Source: an uncultured Solirubrobacteraceae bacterium
GTDB lineage: Bacteria; Actinomycetota; Thermoleophilia; Solirubrobacterales; Solirubrobacteraceae
DNA length: 64,000 nucleotides
Direction: 5' to 3'
NCBI GenBank assembly: GCA_963849695.1
Contig: CAWKIT010000018.1
Location: 3,535 to 67,534 of the forward strand
Shown piece by piece: positions 25,498 to 34,573 of the stretch. Numbering within the stretch: position 1 is the first letter of the stretch; every line of letters starts with the position of its first letter. Below the pieces are notes generated by a model that did no database searches, was not told where the DNA came from, and worked only from the letters and a program-made list of their open reading frames with translations. Both the position numbers and the translations under genes were made by a program.

Positions 25498-26688
25498 ATG
25501 CACACGGTCAGGTGCCTTTTGCTCGCCGTCGCGGCGAGCTTTGTCGTTGCCGCCCCCGCAGGCGCCCGCGGGCTCGACGTCGATGTGATCGCCGACGAGC
25601 TCGACAACCCGCGCCACGTGGCGGTTGCCAAGAACGGCGACGTGTACGTCGCAGAAGCCGGTGAAGGCGGCAACCACGCGACGGCGCGCTCGTGCTTCGA
25701 CACCGCCGAGGGCTTCGCGTGCACGGGCCGGACGGGCGCCATCACGCGCATCAGCCGCCACCGGCAGGAGCGGGTGGTGGACGGCCTCGCCTCATTCGCC
25801 CCGGCAAACGGCGACAGCGCGATCGGCCCGCATGGCGTGTTCGCCGACGGCAATGACGTGTACTTCACCAACGGCGGCCCGACGGGGCCGACGCGCGGCG
25901 ACCCGCCGAACGATCGTGCTGCGTGACCCGACGCTGGTGTCCGAGGAGCCGATCTCGGCCCTGTACGGCCGCGTTTTCAAGCTGCGCCGGTAGCGGCGGC
26001 ATCCGGCCGGTCGCGGATGCATGGGCGTTCGAGAACAGGTTCAACCCGGACGCCGTGGTCGGCAACGACCGTGGTCGACAGCAACCCGGTCGACGTGCTC
26101 GAGGACCGTGGGCGGTTCGCTGATCGCCGACGCGGGCGGCAACAGCATCCTGCGCACCAATCGCAGGGGCCGCCTCGAGGTGCTGAGCCTGTTCTGGAAC
26201 ATGCCGACGCACGAGGCCGGGCGTGCCCGGCATGATCCCGATGCAGGCGGTGCCGACCGGCGTAGTCAAGGGCCCGGACGGCTTCTACTACGTGAGCCAG
26301 CTCACAGGATTCCCGTTCCCGGCGGCGGCGCGAAGCGTGTTCCGCGTCGATCCGCGCACGGGCGAGTACACGACGTTCGCCTCTGGCTTCACGAACATCA
26401 TGGACCTCGACTTCGGCGCACGACGGCACGCTGTACGTGCTCGAGATCGACAGCGACTCGATCCTCGGTCCCGGAGGTACGACAGACGGCGGCCTGTGGA
26501 CGGTCTCACGTCGCGGCACCGCGTCAGGAAGATCGCACTGCCGGCCGGGACGCTGACGGCTGCCGGGAGGCATCGCGGTGGGGCGCCAGGGCAAGCTGTA
26601 CGTCTCGAACCGGGCGACGGAGAATGACGTCGGCGAGGTGTTGCGGATCGACTCGGGCGGCGGTAAGGGGTCGGTCGGCAGCGAGTAA
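25498..26688 (+). pseudogene. ScyD/ScyE-family beta-propeller protein gene, broken by at least 8-9 same-direction frame steps
   Basis: It begins with a signal peptide (MHTVRCLLLAVAASFVVAAPAGA). Family-like segments then hop frame 1>2>0>1>2>0>1>..>0>1: ...NGDVYVAEAGEGG..., IVLRDPTLVSEEPISALYGRVFKLR, GSGGIRPVADAWAFENRFNPDAVVGND, VVDSNPVDVLEDRGRF, LIADAGGNSILRTNRRGRLEVLSLF, VPGMIPMQAVPTGVVKGPDGFYYVSQLTGFPFP...FTNIMDLDFG, HDGTLYVLEIDSDS..., KIALPAGTLTAAG, GIAVGRQGKLYVSNRATENDVGEVLRIDSGG, ending at TAA 26686-26688. Confidence 0.75.
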
Positions 26689-26748
26689 GGGAGACATACC
26701 TCAAGTCGCTCCTTGTTCCCGATGTAGGACGCGCGCCGGCGGCGCATC

Positions 26749-27189
26749 ATGCTTCTCATGCTGCTCACCGGGATGCCCGAGATGGATGCGGAGCGGGCCT
26801 TCGCGCGCGAGGCCCGCGCCCGCCGGCGCGCCGCGCTGGTGCGGCGACTGCGGCGCGTGCCGGCCGCTTGCGCGCGGCTGGCGGTGTACGACGAGCGGTC
26901 GCTGCCGCGGGCGGGACGACGCGCGGTGCGCGAGATCCCGCTCGACGCGATCACCGGCACCGTCGAGCCGAGCCGCGTGAACCTGTTCGACGGCGACTTC
27001 CGCCCTTCCCCCGGCGCCCGCTCCCGCTGGCAGCGGCTGTGGGTGGCGGAGTACCGCGGCGCCGTGCTGCCGCCGATCTCCGTCGTGCGCGTCGGCGACG
27101 CGTACGCGGTGCGCGACGGCCACCACCGGGTGTCGGTGGCGCGCGCCCGCGGGGCGCTCACGATCGATGCCGCGGTCGAGGCCGCCTAA
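26749..27189 (+). CDS. ParB/Srx-fold (ParB N-terminal domain-like) small protein
   Basis: ORF 26749..27189 contains ...IPLDAITGTVEPSRVNLFDGDFRPS...RWQRLWVAEYRGAVLPPISVVRVGDAYAVRDGHHRVSVARARGALTIDAAV, with the DGHHR motif of ParB-like domains. Confidence 0.6.
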   Translation: MLLMLLTGMPEMDAERAFAREARARRRAALVRRLRRVPAACARLAVYDERSLPRAGRRAVREIPLDAITGTVEPSRVNLFDGDFRPSPGARSRWQRLWVAEYRGAVLPPISVVRVGDAYAVRDGHHRVSVARARGALTIDAAVEAA

Positions 27190-27303
27190 GCACGGCTGCG
27201 GCGATCACGCGGAGCGGGCGCACGCGTCCGGTATACCGGTCGGCGTGGAAGACTGGCTGGGCGCCGCGCCGCGCGACGCTCGCTGCGCGCGGTTGCTCGT
27301 TTG

Positions 27304-27490
27304 AACTGCGGCTGGGTAAGGGTGCGAGGGCGCCGCCCGCGCGGCTGGGATCGCGGGGGGTGACCCGGATTTGTTGCCTGTGAGGCAACAAATCCGGGTC
27401 ACCCCCCCAACATGTCCGCCGTTCGGCGACCGGACGCGCTGCGGACCCGGCCGCGCGGCCGATCTGCCGCTGCCCTACCCAGCCGCAGTT
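27304..27490. repeat. 187-bp imperfect palindromic element with a perfect 24-bp-stem core hairpin
   Basis: The core at 27355..27407 is GGGGGGTGACCCGGATTTGTTGCC-tgtga-GGCAACAAATCCGGGTCACCCCCC. The outer arms also pair: AACTGCGGCTGGGTA (27304-27318) with TACCCAGCCGCAGTT (27476-27490), and GCCCGCGCGGCTGGG with its partner. The right arm has a ~32-nt insert. It lies between convergent genes. Confidence 0.8.
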
Positions 27491-27505
27491 GACGTTCGCC
27501 GGACC

Positions 27506-28299
27506 CTAAGCGCGGCCGGCGGCCTCCGCGATCACCCGCGACAGCTGCCCGCCCTGCCACGCCAAGGGCGACTTGCCGGGCTCCTCGCTCTCCAGCCGCG
27601 CGCCCGGGATCGCCTCCGCGTACCGCTCGGCGGTCGCGAACGGGTGCTCGGGATCGGCCTCGTCGCGGCTCGCCACGACCGTCACGGGCAGGTCCAGCCG
27701 CGAAAGCTCCTCCCACGAGCCGAACGCGCGAGAGCGCGGCACCTCGCGCAGCGCGTCGGCCACCGCCTCCGGGTGCTCGTGCGCCGACAGCCGCTGTCGC
27801 AGCACGGTCCGCACGGTCTCCCGGAACGACTCCGGCACGCGCGGCTCGCCGTAGGCCTCCAGGAAGCCGTCGACCCCGCCCGTCCGCAGGCCCTCGGACA
27901 AGGCATCCCACCGGCTCGAGGCCGCGCTCGGGCTGCTCCGGGTCGAAGGCCGGCGTGATCAGGACCAGCGCCGCCGCCCGCCCCGGATGCTCCAGGGCGA
28001 ACCGCGCGATCGTGTGGGCGCCCATCGAGGCGCCGGCCAGCACGGCGCGGTCGATCCCGCGGTCGTCGAGCACGGCCAGCAGGTCGGTCGCCAGCGCGTC
28101 GTAGCCGTACGAGTCGGCCGGCTCCGAGCGCCCGTGGCCGCGCGCGTCGTACATCACCACGCGATGCCCGTTGCGCTCGAGGTTCTTGGACCCCATCACC
28201 ACGTAGCGGCGCGTCGCGGTGAGGCCGTGCAGCAGGACCACCGGAACCCCCTCGCCCGCCTCCTCGCCCGGCCAGGCCGCCGATCTTGATATCTCCCAT
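27506..28299 (-). CDS. Alpha/beta-fold hydrolase; frame broken twice as sequenced
   Basis: It starts MGDIKIGG (ATG 28299) and shifts near 28273 into ...PGEEAGEGVPVVLLHGLTATRRY...YDARGHGRSE...AVLAGASMGAHTIARFA (GxSxG) ...LITPAFDPEQPERGLEP. It shifts again near 27911 into ORF 27506..27901: WDALSEGLRTGGVDGFLEAYG...VVASRDEADPEHPF.... Confidence 0.75.
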
Positions 28300-28319
28300 G
28301 GCGCTCTATTCTCGTAGAC

Positions 28320-29057
28320 GTGATCTTCGACACCACCGAGCAGACCTTCGAGCAGGACGTCATCGAGCGCTCGCGCGAGCGGCCGGTCGTCGTCGACTTC
28401 TGGGCCGAGTGGTGCGCCCCGTGCCGTCAGCTCACGCCCGTGCTCGAGCGGATGGTCACCGAGCGCGAGGGCAAGGTCGACCTCGCCAAGCTCGACACCG
28501 ACGCCAACCCCAGCCTGGCCGCCGCGTTCGGCATCCAGGGCATCCCCGCCGTCAAGGCGTTCAAAGACGGCCGCGTCGTCGACGAGTTCGTCGGCGCCCA
28601 GCCGCCGCCCAACGTCGAGCGGTTCCTCGAGGCGCTGATGCCCTCGGAGGCCGACGCGCTGGTCGCGAGCGGCGACGAGGAGGCGCTGCGGCAGGCGCTC
28701 GACCTCGAGCCCGGCCGCGCAGACGCCGCCGTCCCGCTCGCCCGCCTCCTGCACGAGCGCGGCGAGGACGAGCAGGCGCTCGAGGTGCTCGGCAACGTCG
28801 GCGGCTCGTTCGCGGCCGACGGCCTCGCCGCCCGCATCCGCCTCGAGGACGACCCCGCCCTGCGCGAGGCCTTCGAGGATCTCGACGCCGGTGAGACCGA
28901 ACGTGGCCTCGACGCGCTGATCGCGGCGATCGCCGCCGATGGCGACGACCGCCGCGAGGACCTGCGACGCGCCGTGGTGGGGGTGCTCGACGACCTCGGC
29001 GTCGAACACCCCCTGGCTCGCGAGTCACGGCGCAAGCTGGCCAGCGCCCTGTATTGA
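28320..29057 (+). CDS. Thioredoxin-domain protein with C-terminal TPR-like domain (YbbN/CnoX-like)
   Basis: It starts at GTG 28320. VVVDFWAEWCAPCRQLTP carries the WCxPC motif and is followed by a helical repeat domain. Confidence 0.85.
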   Translation: MIFDTTEQTFEQDVIERSRERPVVVDFWAEWCAPCRQLTPVLERMVTEREGKVDLAKLDTDANPSLAAAFGIQGIPAVKAFKDGRVVDEFVGAQPPPNVERFLEALMPSEADALVASGDEEALRQALDLEPGRADAAVPLARLLHERGEDEQALEVLGNVGGSFAADGLAARIRLEDDPALREAFEDLDAGETERGLDALIAAIAADGDDRREDLRRAVVGVLDDLGVEHPLARESRRKLASALY

Positions 29058-30140
29058 CTAGAGCTCGAGCGCGAGCTGGCCGGCCGTGGCGGCCGGCGCG
29101 CGGCGCGGCTCGGGCTCGACGTCCTCGAAGCCGGCCAGCCGCACGCCGAGCAGCCTCACGGGCCTGGCCGGCGCGTAGGCGCGCAGCAACTCGACGGCGA
29201 CCTCGATCACGGTCGCGACGTCGCTGGTCGGCTCCTCGACCGTGCGGGCGCGCGTGACGGTGGTCCAGTCGTCGAGCCGCACCTTGATCGCGATCGTGCG
29301 CCCGCGCCGGCCGCGGCGCTGAACGCTCTCGCACAGCTCGCGCGACATCTCGCGGAGCAGCCGCTCGAGCTCGCCGAGGTCGGCGATGTCGACGTCGAAG
29401 GTGCGCTCGGTCGAGACCGACTTGGCGGCCCCGGACTCGGTCTCGACCGGAGAGTCGTCCTCGAACCGGGCGCGCGCCTTCAGGAAGCCGGCGGTGTTGG
29501 CTCCGAAGCGGGTGGCGAGGCGCGCCTCGTCCGCGTTCTGGAGCTGGCCGATCGTGCGCACGCCGAGCTCGGCGAGGCGATCGGCGGTCTTCGGGCCGAT
29601 GCCGGGGATGCGGCTGGTGGGCGCGGTGGCGAACCGCACGCACGCCTCCTCGCGGCCCATCGCCACGAACCCGGCCGGCTTGCCGAGGTCGCTGCAGCAC
29701 TTGGCCACCAGCCGCGACGGGCCGATGCCGACCGAGATCACGATCCCGGTCTCGACCTTGACCGCGTCCACGACCTCGCGCAGCACCCGCAGCGGCTTCT
29801 CCACGCCCGTGAGCTCGGCGTACGCCTCGTCGAGCCCGAGCTGCTGGACGCGGTCCAGCCGCTGCCCCACGACCTCCCAGACCCGCTTGGACGTCTCGCG
29901 GTAGGCGGTGAAGTCGGGCGGGATCACGATCGCCTCCGGGCACAGCCGGCGGGCGCGCGAGGCCGGCATCGCCGAGCCGACGCCGAACCTGCGCGCCTCG
30001 TAGCTTGCGGTCGTGACGACGGCGCGCGGCCCGCTGCCGGCCACGATCACCGGCTTGCCGGCGAGCTCGGGGCGGCGCAGGAGCTCCACCGTCGCGTAGA
30101 ACGCGTCGCAGTCGAGGTGGGCGATGACCCGCTTGCGCAC
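29058..30140 (-). CDS. dinB: DNA polymerase IV (Y-family)
   Basis: MRKRVIAHLDCDAFYATVELLRRPELAGKPVIVAG...VVTTASYEARRFGVGSAMP... has classic DinB N-terminal motifs. The protein is 360 aa. Confidence 0.9.
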   Translation of the reverse strand: MRKRVIAHLDCDAFYATVELLRRPELAGKPVIVAGSGPRAVVTTASYEARRFGVGSAMPASRARRLCPEAIVIPPDFTAYRETSKRVWEVVGQRLDRVQQLGLDEAYAELTGVEKPLRVLREVVDAVKVETGIVISVGIGPSRLVAKCCSDLGKPAGFVAMGREEACVRFATAPTSRIPGIGPKTADRLAELGVRTIGQLQNADEARLATRFGANTAGFLKARARFEDDSPVETESGAAKSVSTERTFDVDIADLGELERLLREMSRELCESVQRRGRRGRTIAIKVRLDDWTTVTRARTVEEPTSDVATVIEVAVELLRAYAPARPVRLLGVRLAGFEDVEPEPRRAPAATAGQLALEL

Positions 30141-30170
30141 CCGGCTAACGGTACGCCGGGCGCCGGACCT

Positions 30171-30791
30171 CTAACGCGTGGTGAGGATCGGCCCGTGGCC
30201 GCGGAAGTGCAGCCTGCGCGCCGTCGCCTCGGTCAGGTCGTATTCGCGCCCGCCGACGTACGGTCCGCGGTCGATCACGCGCACGCGCACCGTGTGGCCG
30301 CGGTGGCGGAACGTGACCTTGCTGCCGCACGGCAGCGACTTGTGGGCGACGCCGAGCCTGCCGGGCATCAGCCTGCCGCCGCAGCCGAGGTGGTTGCCGT
30401 ACAGGCCCGGCCCGTACCACGAGGCATGGGCCCAGCGGTAGACGTTCATCCGGCCCAGCGGTCGCCTGACCGCGCCGACCTTCAGCCGAGCCGACGCGCT
30501 CATGGCCCGGTGACGCCGGTCACGGAGTACATAGCGGCCGGAGCGGGCGGTCCGGTCGCGGTCGATCGTGCGCCAGCGGTTGCGCACCCTCACCTGCAGA
30601 GCGGCGACATGACCGCGGGCGGCGGGCCTGGCCACGCCGACCACGGCTACGCGGTCGCCGGCCCGCACGTGCAGGCGCTTCTTCACGACGCCGGCAGAGG
30701 CAACGCCGGCTGCCGGTCCTTCGGTCTGCGCGGCGGCCGGTGCCGCCGTGGATAATGTGAAGGCGCCCGCCAGCATGGCGGCGCGCGGCAT
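30171..30791 (-). CDS. RlpA-like double-psi beta-barrel (DPBB) lytic transglycosylase family protein, secreted
   Basis: This is ORF 30171..31001 taken from M71 (MPRAAMLAGAFTLSTAAPAAA signal). The C-terminus reads ASWYGPGLYGNHLGCGGRLMPGRLGVAHKSLPCGSKVTFRHRGHTVRVRVIDRGPYVGGREYDLTEATA. Confidence 0.8.
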   Translation of the reverse strand: MPRAAMLAGAFTLSTAAPAAAQTEGPAAGVASAGVVKKRLHVRAGDRVAVVGVARPAARGHVAALQVRVRNRWRTIDRDRTARSGRYVLRDRRHRAMSASARLKVGAVRRPLGRMNVYRWAHASWYGPGLYGNHLGCGGRLMPGRLGVAHKSLPCGSKVTFRHRGHTVRVRVIDRGPYVGGREYDLTEATARRLHFRGHGPILTTR

Positions 30792-30930
30792 CCCTGTCCG
30801 CAAGGAAGCCCCTTTCAGGTCGCGAGCAAACGGCTCAACGTAGCCGCGCGCCGCCGAGATGATTGTGAGTGCAATCACACTCACGGCTCTGACTGGTCGC
30901 GGCCGCTCGAACGCGACACAATCGGCAACC

Positions 30931-32385
30931 GTGGCCAACCCCGACCGCCTCACAGGCCTCGACGCGTCGTTTCTGGCGCTCGAGAAGAGCGGCGCGCACA
31001 TGCACGTCGGCTCCGCGCTGGTCTTCGACGGCGAGGCGCCGCCGTACGAGGACCTGCTCGATCAGATCTCCGCCCGCCTCCACCAGGTCCCGCGCTACCG
31101 GCAGAGGCTCGCCTATCCGCCGCTGTCGCAGGCGCGGCCCGTGTGGGTCGACGACCCGCACTTCAACGTCGCCTACCACGTGCGCCACACGGCGCTGCCG
31201 GCGCCGGCCGGAGACGAGCAGCTGCGCAAGCTGGCCGGCCGCGTGTTCTCCCAGCAACTCGACCGCAGCAAGCCCCTGTGGGAGATCTGGCTCGTCGACC
31301 GCGTCGGCGACGACCGCTTCGCGATGATCTGCAAGACGCATCACGCGCTCGTCGACGGCATCTCCGGCGTCGACATCATGACCGTGCTGTTCGACCTCGA
31401 GCCGGAGCCGCCCGAGCGCGAGCCCGGCCCTGCCTGGTACCCGCGGCCGGAGCCGGTCGGCAGCGCGCTGTTCGGCGACGCGCTGCTCGAGCGCGCCGGC
31501 ACCCCGGTCGACGCCGCACGCGCCGCCGCCCGCCTCGTCACCGCTCCGCGCGAGACGGCCGGGTCGGCGGCGAAGACGCTCGCCGGCCTGGTCTCGATGG
31601 CGTCGGCGGGCCTCAGCGCAGCGCCCCCGAGCCCGCTCAACACGCGCATCGGCCCGCACCGGCGGTTCGCGTGGGTGGACACCGACCTCGGCCGCTTCAA
31701 GGCCATCAAGGGCGCCCTCGGCGGCACCGTCAACGACGTCGTGCTCGCGGTCGTCACCGGCGCGCTGCGAGACCACCTGATCCGCCGCGGGCGCGCCACC
31801 GAGGGGGTCGAGCTGAAGGCGATGGTGCCGGTGTCGGTGCGCGCCGAGGAGCAGCGCGGGGCGCTCGGCAACCAGGTGGCCGCGATGTACGCGCCGCTGC
31901 CGGTCGGCCTCGCCGACCCGCTCGAGCGGTTCCGGACCGTGCACGAGGCGCTCGGCGACCTGAAGGCCTCGGCGCAGGCGATCGGCGCCGAGCGGCTGAC
32001 GAAGCTGGCCGGCTTTGCGGCGCCGACGATCCTCGACCAGGCGGCGCGGCTGCAGTCGCGCCAGCGGTTCTTCAATCTCACCGTCACCAACGTGCCGGGG
32101 CCGCAGTTCCCGCTCTACATGCTCGGCCGCAGGCTGCGCGCGTTCTATCCGAAGGTTCCGCTGGTGCTGAACACCGCGCTCGGCATCGCGATCATGTCCT
32201 ACGACGGGCGGCTCGCGTTCGGGCTGCTCGGCGACTACGACGCGATGGCCGACCTCGACGACTTCGCGGCCGACCTCGCGCACGCGATCGACGAGCTGTC
32301 GGCGGCCGCCGGTGTGCCGCCGGACGGCTCGCGCCCGCGCGGGCGACGGCGACCCGCGAGCCGGCGGACGAAAAGCGCCGCCTGA
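30931..32385 (+). CDS. Wax ester synthase/diacylglycerol acyltransferase (WS/DGAT)
   Basis: ORF 30859..32385 contains LDASFLALEKSGAHMHVG and the active site KTHHALVDGISG (HHxxxDG). I prefer GTG 30931 (VANPDRLTGLDASFL) as the start; the track start at 30859 is also possible. Confidence 0.85.
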   Translation: MANPDRLTGLDASFLALEKSGAHMHVGSALVFDGEAPPYEDLLDQISARLHQVPRYRQRLAYPPLSQARPVWVDDPHFNVAYHVRHTALPAPAGDEQLRKLAGRVFSQQLDRSKPLWEIWLVDRVGDDRFAMICKTHHALVDGISGVDIMTVLFDLEPEPPEREPGPAWYPRPEPVGSALFGDALLERAGTPVDAARAAARLVTAPRETAGSAAKTLAGLVSMASAGLSAAPPSPLNTRIGPHRRFAWVDTDLGRFKAIKGALGGTVNDVVLAVVTGALRDHLIRRGRATEGVELKAMVPVSVRAEEQRGALGNQVAAMYAPLPVGLADPLERFRTVHEALGDLKASAQAIGAERLTKLAGFAAPTILDQAARLQSRQRFFNLTVTNVPGPQFPLYMLGRRLRAFYPKVPLVLNTALGIAIMSYDGRLAFGLLGDYDAMADLDDFAADLAHAIDELSAAAGVPPDGSRPRGRRRPASRRTKSAA

Positions 32386-32399
32386 GGGACAATGGGGGC

Positions 32400-34157
32400 A
32401 TGGCCCTGATCCCGCCCCTGCGCGTCGCGCTCGCCCAGATCAACAGCCGTGTCGGCGACCTCGAGGGCAACGTCGCCAAGATCGCCGAGCGCATCGCCGG
32501 GGCGCGCGACGCGGGCGCCGAGCTGGTGCTGTTCCCCGAGCTGGCGATCACCGGCTATCCGCCCGAGGACCTGCTGCTGAAGGAGCACTTCCTGCAGGCG
32601 GCCACCGAGGCGGTGTCCGAGCTCGCGGTCGAGGCCGAGGGGATCGTCGCGCTGGTCGGCTTCCCGGAGCGCGCCGACGACGTCCACAACGCGCTCGCGG
32701 TGCTGGCCGAGGGCGAGCTGCAGGCCGTCTACCGCAAGTCCGTGCTCCCCAACTACGGCGTGTTCGACGAGCAGCGCTACTTCCAGGTCGGCGAGGGCGG
32801 CGCCGTGCTCCAGCTCGGCGACGCGCGCCTCGGGCTGACGATCTGCGAGGACATCTGGACGCCCGGCCCGCCGGCGTCGGACGAGGCGCTGGCCGGCGCC
32901 GCGCTGATCCTCAATGCCTCGGCTTCGCCGTACCACGCGCGCAAGGGCCGCGACCGCGAGCGGATGCTGATCCAGCGCGCGCGCGACAACCTGACCGCGA
33001 TCGCGTTCACCAACCTCGTCGGCGGCCAGGACGAGCTGATCTTCGACGGGCACTCGCTGCTGCTCGACCACGAGGGCTGCGTGCTGGCGCGGGCGCCGCA
33101 GTTCGCCGAGGCGCTGGTGGTGGGGACCGTCGACCTGCAGGCGGCGCTGACCGCGCGGCTGCGCGACACACGGCTGCGGCCGCCCGTGCGCAAGGCGCTG
33201 CCGGAGGTGCGGCGGCTGGGGCCGCTGACGCGGCGCGACGACACCGGCGAAGCGGTGGTGGGCGGTGAGGTGACGCCGCTGCTCGAGCCGGAGGCCGAGG
33301 TGTATGCCGCTCTGGTGCTCGGCACGCGCGACTACGTGGAGAAGAACGGCTTCGGCCATGTGGTGATCGGCCTGTCGGGCGGGATCGACTCGACGCTGAC
33401 GCTGCTGGCCGCGGTCGACGCCCTCGGCGCCGACCGCGTGACGGCGGTGACGATGCCCTCGCGCTACTCGTCGTCCGGCACGCGCGACGACGCCAAGGTG
33501 CTGGCGGACAACCTCGGCGTCGACCTGCGCGAGATCGCGATCGGGCCGGCGATGGAGGTCTTCGACGAGCTGCTGGCCGAGCATTTCGAGGGCCGCGAGC
33601 CGGACATCACGGAGGAGAACCTCCAGGCGCGGATCCGCGGGAACCTGCTGATGGCGCTGTCGAACAAGTTCGGCTGGCTGGTGCTGACGACCGGCAACAA
33701 GTCGGAGAACTCGGTCGGCTACTCGACGCTGTACGGCGACTCGGCCGGCGGCTTCGCGGTGATCAAGGACGTGCCGAAGACGCTCGTGTACCGGCTCGTG
33801 GACTTCCGCAACGCGCGCGACGGCGCCCATCCGGTGCCGCGCTCGATCATCGACCGGCCGCCGAGCGCCGAGCTGCGCGAGGACCAGCGCGACGCCGACT
33901 CGCTCCCGGACTACGACACGCTCGACGCGATCCTCGAGGGCTACGTGGAGGAGGACCTCGACCCCGAGCAGCTCGAGCGCGCGGGGCTCCCGGGCGAGGC
34001 GATCGAGCGCGTGGTGTCGCTCGTCGACACCGCCGAGTACAAGCGCCGGCAGGCGCCGCCCGGGATCAAGATCACGCCGCGCGCGTTCGGGCGCGACCGG
34101 CGGATGCCGATCACGAACGCCTACCGGCCGGGACGCAAGCCGCCGGTCGTCCTCTAG
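32400..34157 (+). CDS. nadE: Glutamine-dependent NAD+ synthetase
   Basis: This is taken from ATG 32400 within shadow ORF 31143..34157. It has an N-terminal CN-hydrolase domain (LVLFPELAITGYP...LGLTICEDIW) and a C-terminal NAD synthase domain with the SGGIDS P-loop. The protein is 585 aa. Confidence 0.92.
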   Translation: MALIPPLRVALAQINSRVGDLEGNVAKIAERIAGARDAGAELVLFPELAITGYPPEDLLLKEHFLQAATEAVSELAVEAEGIVALVGFPERADDVHNALAVLAEGELQAVYRKSVLPNYGVFDEQRYFQVGEGGAVLQLGDARLGLTICEDIWTPGPPASDEALAGAALILNASASPYHARKGRDRERMLIQRARDNLTAIAFTNLVGGQDELIFDGHSLLLDHEGCVLARAPQFAEALVVGTVDLQAALTARLRDTRLRPPVRKALPEVRRLGPLTRRDDTGEAVVGGEVTPLLEPEAEVYAALVLGTRDYVEKNGFGHVVIGLSGGIDSTLTLLAAVDALGADRVTAVTMPSRYSSSGTRDDAKVLADNLGVDLREIAIGPAMEVFDELLAEHFEGREPDITEENLQARIRGNLLMALSNKFGWLVLTTGNKSENSVGYSTLYGDSAGGFAVIKDVPKTLVYRLVDFRNARDGAHPVPRSIIDRPPSAELREDQRDADSLPDYDTLDAILEGYVEEDLDPEQLERAGLPGEAIERVVSLVDTAEYKRRQAPPGIKITPRAFGRDRRMPITNAYRPGRKPPVVL

Positions 34158-34543
34158 CGCACCGCGATCGTCATCCGCACGAGGGCGCACAGGCGGCCCT
34201 CGTCGTCGGTGATGTCGACCTCCCACACCCAGGTCGTGCGGCCCTTGTGGCGCGCGCGGGCGACGGCATGGATCGTGCCGGCCGTGATCGGGCGCAGGAA
34301 GCTCGTCTGGTTGGACATGCCCTGCGCCGTCCGGCCGCCCTCGTGCACGGCCTTCCAGGTGCCGAACGAGGTGATCGACTCGGCGATCGAGGCGAACACG
34401 CCGCCGTGGACGAGCCCGGCGGGCTGGAGCAGCTCGTCGCGGACCTCGACCTGCGCGCGCACCTCGCCGTCGGTGAGGTCGAGCAGCTCGAGTCCGTAGA
34501 GCCGGTCGAACCCGACCGGCCAGCCTTCGAGGGAGGTTTCCAC
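34154..34543 (-). CDS. PaaI/YdiI-type hotdog-fold thioesterase
   Basis: This is taken from GTG 34543 within ORF 34154..35257: ...LTDGEVRAQVEVRDELLQPAGLVHGGVFASIAESI...GTIHAVARARHKGRTTWVWEVDITDDEGRLCA. Confidence 0.8.
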   Translation of the reverse strand: METSLEGWPVGFDRLYGLELLDLTDGEVRAQVEVRDELLQPAGLVHGGVFASIAESITSFGTWKAVHEGGRTAQGMSNQTSFLRPITAGTIHAVARARHKGRTTWVWEVDITDDEGRLCALVRMTIAVR

Positions 34544-34573
34544 GAGGCGCGGCACACTACCCTGGAGCCCGGC

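Noticed and set aside
28299-28320. Shared regulatory palindrome between the divergent hydrolase and thioredoxin-like genes
   Set aside because: The spacer is only 20 bp (gcgctctattctcgtagac) and has no convincing symmetry. It is too short to analyse by eye.
30792-30930. c-di-AMP (ydaO-type) riboswitch upstream of the RlpA-like cell-wall gene
   Set aside because: I could not find the conserved ydaO core elements as I recall them (for example, ACGGGG/GGUGAAUC-type blocks and pseudo-twofold symmetry). Only generic hairpins are present. I kept a low-interest note on the alternative hairpins instead.
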